Shown: one piece after another, positions 55,317 through 64,000 of the stretch
Position numbering within the stretch: the stretch's first letter is position 1
How the letters are laid out: each line of letters opens with the position of its first letter
Assembly: GCF_009914755.1 (NCBI RefSeq)
Contig: NC_060926.1
Strand: one strand, 5' to 3'
DNA length: 64,000 bases
Origin: the human T2T-CHM13v2.0 reference genome, Homo sapiens
The notes under the pieces: generated by a model
What the model was told of the DNA's origin: nothing
Database searches by the model: none
What the model saw: only the letters and a program-made list of their open reading frames with translations
Program-made: the position numbers and the translations under genes

Positions 55317-56719
55317 CCCTCTACTTTACTCTTAAGGTTGATATTGGCATTTGACTCCTGGGGCTGACACTGACTAGTCTTGCGACATGGCACAATTCAC
55401 CCCACTTCTCTGACCTGAGAGCTCCCCTGAAAATGCCCTGCCTCAGAGAGACAGCCATGGTAAGCTCCACAGAGGCAGGCCAGCTTCCATCCTCTAGCTG
55501 CTGATAGGTGTTTGGCTTCACTCTTCTTTTAGTGGAAAAAAAAGAATGAGGAAGACTTTTTTTTTTTTTTTAACTAGGAAACCTCTTACCAAAGAAGGCT
55601 CTGTGGATAGAAACATAGCACATCCACACTTTCAAATGTGAACGATGAGAGTTTGTCCTGAGACCTAGAGGTGGGAACTGCCAATAGACACTGTGCCAAG
55701 CCACAGTAACACAGCTGGGTCTCAATGGAGGGCAGGGAATGCTCGCGCAAGGCCCTTGTTTAGCATCCCTTCTTTTATTCTCTGACAGAGAACCTGCCTT
55801 GCAGTTCTTGCCTGCTGGACTGATCGTTTGGTCATATTTCCAGGACTCTCCACACCTTCTATGAACTTTTGCTCTATTCTCATGAATCTTTTCATGTCTT
55901 TATATAGATAAGCATGCAGAGAAAATATCTTTAAAATAGTAGGTACCTTAAAAAGTCCATTTTTGTCTTAACAGAAAAGTATTTAAAAGAACAAAATATA
56001 GGAGATTATGTCAAAAGGATTAATTTGCCTTGGAAAAAAAGCAATCTAGCAAAGGAGTATTTTCTGTATATGTTTCCACCACAATGTCAAAAATAAAGAG
56101 CTGCAAACAGCATCTTGTGAAGCATCTTGATATTGTTTGTAAAATACGCCTTTCATTAAAAATCATTCAGTTGGCACCTGTGCAGTACATATTTATTCAG
56201 GATCTGTAACATGCTAGCCATTGTGTAAGGCTCACAGAGCATAAAGGTGATCTCTCATCTCCTCCAACTGTTAGGTCCAACACAGGCTACTTCCTCTAAC
56301 TCCTGGGTGCTCACAGCAAGCAGCTAAGGGAGGATTCTTTAAAGAATAAGCTTTCGAAGGAAGTATCCAAAAGAACAGCTTCAAAATGGAACCCTCTTAC
56401 ATTAAGAAATCATTCAGTTTTGGAGCTTCTTAGTGCAGGGACCTCGTTAAAACCCTGCTGCAAGAACTCAGCACCAACACAGAGCGAGGAAGCGGTGTCT
56501 GCTGCTACACAGATGATGACAACCTCTGCTGACCCAAGAGCCAGAACCAGCTCCTAAGTAATCCCCATGTGCTTTGATACTGGGCTTACTCAGTTCTGTA
56601 TCTTCAGGCTTCTCAAAGTCTAAGAGCATTTCACTAAGGTCAAAATTCAAAGCTAACAGAGATTTTCCTACTGGGCAGTTTTCAAACACCATTCTTGTAC
56701 ATTTAACCTTTTATATGAT

Positions 56720-57115
56720 ACAATACTGAAAAACTGGGAACTCCCTCAATATCAAATAACACTTTTTCAGTAATATAAGTTTTGGTGCATTCAATCCAAA
56801 TATAAGGAAGCCATTAAAAAGGATTCTATAGATTTGTATTCATCGATATGAAAAGGTATCCAGGACATACTACCAAAGTAAACAGAGCAGATTAGAAAAC
56901 AACATATGTTGTTTTATAATAAAATAAAAAGTTTATACAATAACATTTAAAAAATTAAAAATCTACATTAACATGTATGTAGAAAAAAGTCTGGAAAAAT
57001 ATTTACCAAGAGGCTAATAATTATTTCTGGGTGGTGAGATTATGGATGATGTTATTTCTTTAATTTATGTTGACTTTCTGAATTTCTAAGATGACCATTT
57101 ACGGCTTGAAAATAC
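56720..57115 (+). mobile_element. L1ME-type 3' fragment
   Basis: gccattaaaaagga...gtagaaaaaagtctggaaaaatatttaccaa...ttatttctgggtggtgagattatggatga. Confidence 0.7.
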
Positions 57116-57404
57116 AGAATATCTTTAAAGAACTCTATGCATTCTCTGTTGCTGAAAGTATTTGTACTCACAATGTCCTCTTGCTCAGTTGTCAAGGAAA
57201 AAACAGTATTATCGCAGAATGAATGATTTTTCATGCTTCTATTTTGCTTCCCTTATACCAATTTTTTCTGAATACAAACCTTCTTTCCTTTAGCATGTTT
57301 ACCAGCAGAAGGATTTTGTATATGCCAAAGGCAACACCTTACACGACCCTCTATCACCTATATGTATACTATCTCCCTATACCATATCATCAATAACATT
57401 GAAT

Positions 57405-57595
57405 TAGTGTCAGAAGACCCAGATGCTAGCCAGCTGGAGAATTACAGCTGTGACTGCAGGAAAGCCACTTAACATCTCCAGTCTTTCTGTTTCATCTGTC
57501 AGCAGCAAATGTAGGACGAAAGGAAAAACTAAATCAAGCAAGTGATGTGACAGTGCTTGAAAAATTATTAAAACACGATAAATGCCAGTTTCTAT
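57405..57595 (+). mobile_element. MIR
   Basis: cagctgtgactgcaggaaagccacttaacatctc...tcatctgt. Confidence 0.6.
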
Positions 57596-57834
57596 TTGCA
57601 GCAGCATCTTTAGCATCTCCTCCAAGAAAAATATTTTCCAATATTCCTGTCATAACATTTAATGATGAGTTTGTTGGGAAACATTGTTAAAAGAATATTT
57701 ATGTGAAACGTTAATGGGAAGACAGGTAAATGTAACAATCCCTAAAGTACAGGAGTTTCTGACTGCATTCAAAACAGGACTGAATAGAGCAAGGCCACAG
57801 GGTCAGGGAAGAAGAACAAGGACCAACATGTTAA

Positions 57835-58035
57835 ACTGACCTAGCTTCAAGACCCACCTCTGCTTCTTGTGAGCTTTACGGTGTTAAACAAATTATTTCA
57901 TGACTTTAAACCTTAATCTCCTACATGTGAAATTCTGGTAACAATAGGATGGATGCTATGGTGGTTTTATGATGATTAAACAAGACACAGCAAACAACGT
58001 GCTTATCATCGTGCTTGGCACATAGTAGGCATTTC
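57835..58035 (+). mobile_element. MIR
   Basis: atgatgattaaa...gtgcttggcacatagtaggca. Confidence 0.65.
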
Positions 58036-58429
58036 ATCTTTTTGAAGGATACCACTAATAAAGCCAAGATATGCATCAGGGACTCAAATTCTCAAAGAAA
58101 ACAACCAAAAGAGAACACCCAAAAAATGAAGTAAAATGCCAGACATTTTTTGGATCAGAGCACTGTATTTCTATTAATTTGGTACCCACGTAATAACATA
58201 TACCACTCTACTGAAAAACAAATGTCGTCTTTTCAGAAATAAGTTAAGACGGGTAAACCCCTTACCAAAGACCACAGCATGACACTGACCCTGGATTCGT
58301 CCTATCCATTACTCTTCTCAAAATTTGGTTGTTGAAAAAAACAAAAAAAAAACTCACACACACACAAAAAACAATACCACTGGTTACTATGGGAACAAGC
58401 ACACCAAAGATAACATCTAAACAAAAGGG

Positions 58430-58640
58430 CTTTCACCTTCCTCTAACTACCCATAGCTTCTTAGTTTTATCTCTCTTCTTACTGCATTTATCACCTTCTA
58501 CCTTATATTATGGTCACTTGTGCGGGATCTGATCTCTCCGCCTACATGGTAAGCTCTCTGAGTGCAGAAACCTTGCTTTATTCATTTTTGAATTTTCAAC
58601 AAAGACTTGCACAAAGAAAGCAGTAAATAAGTAGTTTGCT
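58430..58640 (+). mobile_element. L2 3' end
   Basis: gtaagctctctgagtgcagaaaccttgctttattcatttttg. Confidence 0.6.
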
Positions 58641-60754
58641 GTGGAGGGAAAAAAGAACATGTACTAAAAAAGCACTGCATAACTGAACACTATGCCTACA
58701 CTATTTAACCTTTCAGGGAAAAAATTAATCAAACCTCCCAGCCACTTGACCGGTAAGAATTATACAAATAACCCTATTTTATAGGCTAGAGAACAGTTTA
58801 AGAATTATAATTCCTCCTGAATAATGATGGAATTAGAATTCTGGCATACTCATGCTAAAACAATGGCCAACATCGTTTCTAACAGATTTAGCTTTCTTTA
58901 TGAAATCATAATTTACTAAGTCTATTCTTTACAAATAGCTAAGTGCATCTTTTAATAACGAAACCAAAATAATAAATTGAAGTATGCAACAATTGTCATG
59001 CTGAGTTAAAATAAGTATCCCGTGCTAGAGATCATTTTTCCCTACCAGCAGGAAGCCACTCTGCTGATCTGGGGTCTTCAACTGGTCCCTCAAGGTCCAA
59101 TGATACTGCTACATAATAACAAGGTAAATTCATGATGAGCAAATTGATGGGACATACCAGACCAGCATATCTATGTATGGCAATTGGCAGGGCTGCCTTC
59201 AGCAAAACTGTAAATGCCATCCATAGGGCTGAGCTGTCAAAGTATGAACAGCATCTAATACAAAGGAATTAATAATTTAAGTGATAGATTTACCATTTTC
59301 CAAATCACTGAGCCTGATTCTAATAAACATGTTTTGTGCCAAATGCATGACTATTTTATTTGATGAAAAATATACTAATGGAAAAATATTTGTATAATGT
59401 TTGACTCAAAACAGAAACTGTATTACCATCTACTGACAGTATATAAATTACAAGGTGGCCCACTTGGTATTTTTCTCCTGAGTTTAGCATTTAGGAGGAT
59501 TTCCTTACCTTGTACGGGCTTTATGATAATTCAATTTTTTTGATATCATAGATGACATTATCATATATACTATGGACAAAAAAAATTTGCAAAAAACATA
59601 AAAGAAAAAGATAAATCTGCATTTTAACCACCTCCAGCATTTAACATTGAGCCTTAAGGTCTAATCCTGTTCTCTGATATTGCATATAACAGCAAATTAA
59701 AGCAACACTATATTTTTTTCAAGGAAGAAACTACCCTTTTGCCTCCTCAGACTTTTGCCTATGATCTCCAGGAATAAATAAATAGTGGAGAAATACACTA
59801 CCTGTAGCCACAACGTATTTGTCTTTTCTCCTAGAGTGTGACATTTTGAAAAGGAAAATATTTCCCAGTTTCCTACTTACAAAATCAAGGTGAGCTTCCG
59901 GGGGGAGGGGGAGGGGCGTGCAGTGAGGAAGGAAGCCACGTTCCCAGCAGGTAGGGCCATAAAATGCTATGTCAAAAAGAAAGTCACAGTGACCTTTCCA
60001 AGAGGTGGAGAGGGCAGCCACCCACACAGCATTAGTTAAGGACTGAGGAAGGGCTGGCCTGAACTAAAGTCTCCTACCTACTAGCCTGTGGAGCATAACA
60101 CACATAAATGTCACACCCAGATAGGCTCGGGGATAAGAAATGCAAGCATACTACTTCCCAATACCCGGCAGCCACGCATCACATTGAGGAGTGATTCACA
60201 GAGAGTGAGGGCATATACAAATATACGTGTATGTGTAACATATGCAGGCGTATATGTGTGTGTACATGTAGATATGTATATGTACAAATGCATTCACATA
60301 TATCAGAGTCTTGAATGGAGATGGAAACAAATGAGGAAGGTGCAAAAGAGGGCATGGATTTTTAAAAATCTGATCAACACCAGCCAAAAGCAGCCTTCCA
60401 GCTCCCTATCACACAGGATGGTTTAGAGAATAGCTTGTTCAGGCCCAGAGATGATGCAAATGATCCAAAGTAGACTTCAAATGGGGAATGGGTATGAACA
60501 AATTGTGTGGCAGGGAACAATACTGGATAGTGGGTTTTTGATACTCAAAGAGCTTGTAACTTCAAAGGCTATAAAAGAAGGAAGTCAGACCTTTGAGGGG
60601 TGCTGGGGTGAGAGAAGAGGACAGGGGACTGCCACCTTGCACACAAGAGATCAGCTTGACAGCAATTCTATGACTCATATTTATTTATGACTTAAACAGT
60701 GTTTCTAAGATGGTGGCCCATGGCTATGCTCACAGAATCCTCTACAAATGTTTT

Positions 60755-61056
60755 ATTTATTTACTTACTTTTTTGAGACAGAGTCTCGCTCTGTCGCCCA
60801 GGCTAGAGTGCAGTGGCATAATTTCTGCTCACTGCAACCTCCACCTCCCGTGTTCTAGCAATTCTCGTGCCTCAGCCTCCTGAGTAGCTGGGATTATAGC
60901 CATGTGCCACCACACTCAGCTAATTTTTGTATTTTTAGTAGAGACAGGGTTTCACCATGTTGGCCAGGCTGATCTCGAACTCCTGACCTCAAGTGATCTG
61001 CCTGCCTTGGCCTCCCAAAGTGCTGCAATTATAGGCGTGAGCCACCGCGCCTGGCC
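60755..61056 (-). mobile_element. AluSx/Sz-like
   Basis: Full Alu; TSD ctcta(ca/tg)aatgtttt. Confidence 0.95.
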
Positions 61057-61098
61057 CTCTATGAATGTTTTTAAATGTTGTGTTTCCTTAATTATAAT

Positions 61099-61146
61099 CA
61101 CACGCACGTGCACACACACACACGCATGCACGCGCACACACACACA
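61099..61146. repeat. (CA/CG)n alternating purine-pyrimidine tract
   Basis: cacacgcacgtgcacacacacacacgcatgcacgcgcacacacacaca. Confidence 0.9.
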
Positions 61147-61229
61147 GACACTTACATGCTGGGTCATTATTAACCTCCAGTGATCCCTGTTCCAGCCTGT
61201 TAATCCTTCTGCATTTCCCTAGAAAATTT

Positions 61230-63585
61230 ACTCTCCTGCTCTCCTACACAATTATTCTCCTCTCTTCTAAAACCTCCATCACGTTCTTTTCCTTCCACTC
61301 TCAACTAATGACATTCCCTGTTTTACTGGGAAAATAGAAACAGAAGAAGACTTCCAGGCAAGGTACAGTCTCCTTGCACCTCTACCTGCCACCCCTGCCT
61401 GCCTTCCCCTGATGGTAGCTGCACCATCCAAGAGATGACCTCTCCTTTCTCCTATCTAACAGATGTCTGGGGATCATCCCTGTTCACCCATCTGAGAACA
61501 TCAGTCTGGCACTGTCCCCTCCCTCATTCAATTTTTCCTTCTCTATTGAATCATTCCCATTCACCTGTAAACATGCTTTTTTTAAAAAAAATCTTCCTTT
61601 ACCCAATATTCTCATTGAGCTATCACTCCACAGTTTTGATCCCTTGTGTTGAGAATTTCTCACAAGAGTTATCTGTACTAACAAGTTATCTATTTGTTAT
61701 CCCCTGTTCTCTCTTGCCAATCTCTTGAACCCAGTTGGACCAGGCTTTTGTCCCCATCACTCCACTGAAAATATTCTTGCCAAGGTCAAGCATGTGCTTC
61801 ATTTTGCAAATATACTTGACCTATTGATAGCATTTGATGCAGCTTTTCACTCCTCCTTTCTTCAAACACTTCCTCTATTTGTTTTTTAGGAACATCACTC
61901 TCTCCTCTACCTCACCAGCCTCTCCTTCTCAATCAGTGGATGCTTACCTATGCAACATCTGTGACAGTACCAGCCCACTTCTCTTCTCTACCTTCACTTA
62001 CTCCCTAGATGATTCCACTCATTTCATAACTTTAAATGCCATAGACACCAACTGTTCCCAAATTTACATCTCTAGCCGAGACATCTTTGAAATCATGCAT
62101 CTAAATCCCTACCTGATACATCCTCACAGACAACTCACGCTTAACATGTGCAAAACTGAGTTCTTTATTCCATCCCAACCTGCAACTCAAACTCTCTTTT
62201 CCATCTCAAAAAATAGTAACTCCATTCCTCCATACTTTCAGGCCAAAACCTTGAGTAATCAAGTTCTTTCTCCCCAATCTGGAATCCAATAATTGCTTAC
62301 CACTTCCGTTAATCCTCACTCTGGTCCAAGTCACATCATCGTCACTATGTCATGGCAGTAGCCTGCCTAGGGACTCTCACAGCCACCTTATATGCTCTCT
62401 ACATGGTCTGTTCTCTATAAATCAATTGCAGCTCTCTGTTTAAAATTTTATTCAGATCATATCACTCTTTTGCTCACAGGCCTCCTGGTTTTCTGCCCTC
62501 TAACAGTAAAATCCAAAGTCTTCACCACAGGCTACACAGCCCTACGTGATTTGGCCCCTGCTAACTCTCTGTGCCCATGACCTTGGCTCTGCCTGCACTG
62601 GTTACCTGGCTGCTTTTCCAATTACTTATAACATGCTTCCTGCTTCAAACGTTTGCAAGTGCTGTTTGCTCGGCCTCGTGGCTTGTTTCCTCACTTCCAA
62701 TAGGGGTCTGTCTGTTCAAATATTACTTTATTTGGAGAGGCCTTCTGTGGTAGGCAGAATTCTAAGATGACCCCAATAAACCCATTCCTTAGTGAACTTG
62801 CCCTGCAGCATCCTCTCCCCTTGAGTATGAACAGGACCTATAACGATAATGGGATGTCACTCCTGCGATTAAGTTATGGCACATGGCAAAGGTGAAGATG
62901 TAATTAAAGTTCCAAATCAGTTTGATTTTGAGTTCATCAAAAAGGAGATTATCCTAGGTGAGGCCTGCTTAATCAGGTGAAAAACCTTGAACAGAAAGAC
63001 CGAGGCCTTGGGAGTGAGGGTGGCGTAGTGGAGATGGTCCACAGCTGCTCCTGAAAGGGCAAGAATCATGTTGTAAACTGCTTGTGGCCTATAGGAGCTC
63101 AGGGCCTCAGTCCACAACTGCAAGGACCTAAATTCTGCCAGCAGCCTAAAAAGGCTTGGGAGAGGACCATGAGTTCCGATGAGCATGCCGCAATTTCAGC
63201 CTGCGAGACACTGAGCAGACTATCCCACTCAACTGTACCCGGACTTACAACCTACAGAAACTGAGATAATAAATGGGTGCTGTTCTAAGTTGCTAAGTTT
63301 GTGATAGCTTTTCACACAGCAACAGAAATCTAATATACCTTCTATAATATAGAATACCATCCCCCTCACTTTCTATCCTCCTCACATACCTTTTCCTTCA
63401 GACAACCTGGTATATCATACAAGCAATTTGAATATTTGAATTTTTCCTCTCCCTGGCTCTAGAATGTAAGCTCCTTTAGGGCAAGAAGTCTGCCTTTTCT
63501 TTTTTCTACTGGTACATTACAGCACCTGGAACAATGCCATGTACATAGTAAGTGCTCAATAAATATTTATAGAATGAATGAATGT
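61230..63585 (+). mobile_element. Long L2 (L2a-like), interrupted by an MLT1E LTR
   Basis: L2 body motifs (ccatcactccactgaaa, cttaacatgtgcaaaactgag, taaaatccaaagtc) and tail catagtaagtgctcaataaatatttatagaatgaatgaatg. Confidence 0.85.
62746..63337 (+). mobile_element. MLT1E-like MaLR solo LTR
   Basis: TGtggtaggcagaattctaagatg...ctaatata with a perfect 5-bp TSD ccttc (62741-62745, 63338-63342). Confidence 0.9.
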
Positions 63586-63811
63586 ATTTACCATTTTCGT
63601 TTACTTTAGAACACGGTGATCACAAAAAAGTAATACTGTTTAACTTAGAACTTTCAAAGGCTATTTCTCAAACTGAAGTACAAGGACATCCCCCCCCTTT
63701 CCACCCCACTCCAACAATAATTTCTCAGAGATTCATGAGTTCACAAATATGAAAAGTAATAGTCTAAATAACTAGCTTGTAAATATTTAGCGAAAAAAAA
63801 AGTACACCAAC

Positions 63812-64000
63812 TGCTATGTACTGAATCGTGGCCCACCCTGAAAAAAATTCATATGCTGAAGCCCTAACCCTCCAAGTGATGGTATTTAGAGATGGAGCCT
63901 TTGGGAGGTAATTATGTTTAGGTGAGCTCATGAGGGTGGGACCCAAGAGACACCAGAGAGCTTGCTCTCACTCCCTCTCCACCATGTGAGGACTCAGTAA
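63812..64000 (+). mobile_element. MLT1A-like MaLR LTR (truncated by window end)
   Basis: tgctatg...aaattcatatgctgaagccctaaccc...gtgatggtattt...gcctttgggaggtaatta. Confidence 0.85.

Noticed and set aside
61834-62292. Longest ORF (152 aa)
   Set aside because: Lies wholly within a decayed L2, starts at TTG, and has no evidence of function.

Overview
Primate genomic DNA (Alu-rich and CpG-depleted, most likely human) lying entirely inside STK39 (SPAK kinase, human 2q24.3), which is transcribed on the minus strand. Only two short coding exons are present: 20963-20911 (53 nt, (R)NSRKELNDIRFEFTPGR) and 16587-16519 (69 nt, (D)[22 protein letters not shown](V)). They encode the middle of the C-terminal CCT domain that docks RFxV/I motifs of WNK kinases and cation-chloride cotransporters. 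From memory they are exons 15 and 16 of 18 (not verified). Everything else is intron: 19 Alu/FLAM copies (most with visible target-site duplications), five MaLR solo LTRs, L1, L2 and MIR fragments, Tigger and hAT relics, and simple repeats. Of the supplied ORFs only 16475..16672 contains real coding sequence. I found no convincing new multi-gene system. The best leads are small and all untested: several well-formed candidate cryptic or poison exons in the long intron (one a 45-nt in-frame cassette), a (GGGCC)5 G-quadruplex repeat born at an Alu/TSD junction, a 128-bp dimer bracketed by a 12-bp direct repeat, a 65-bp near-perfect palindrome, and inverted Alus around the two exons. Repeat subfamily names and the boundaries of old repeats come from visual recognition and are approximate.
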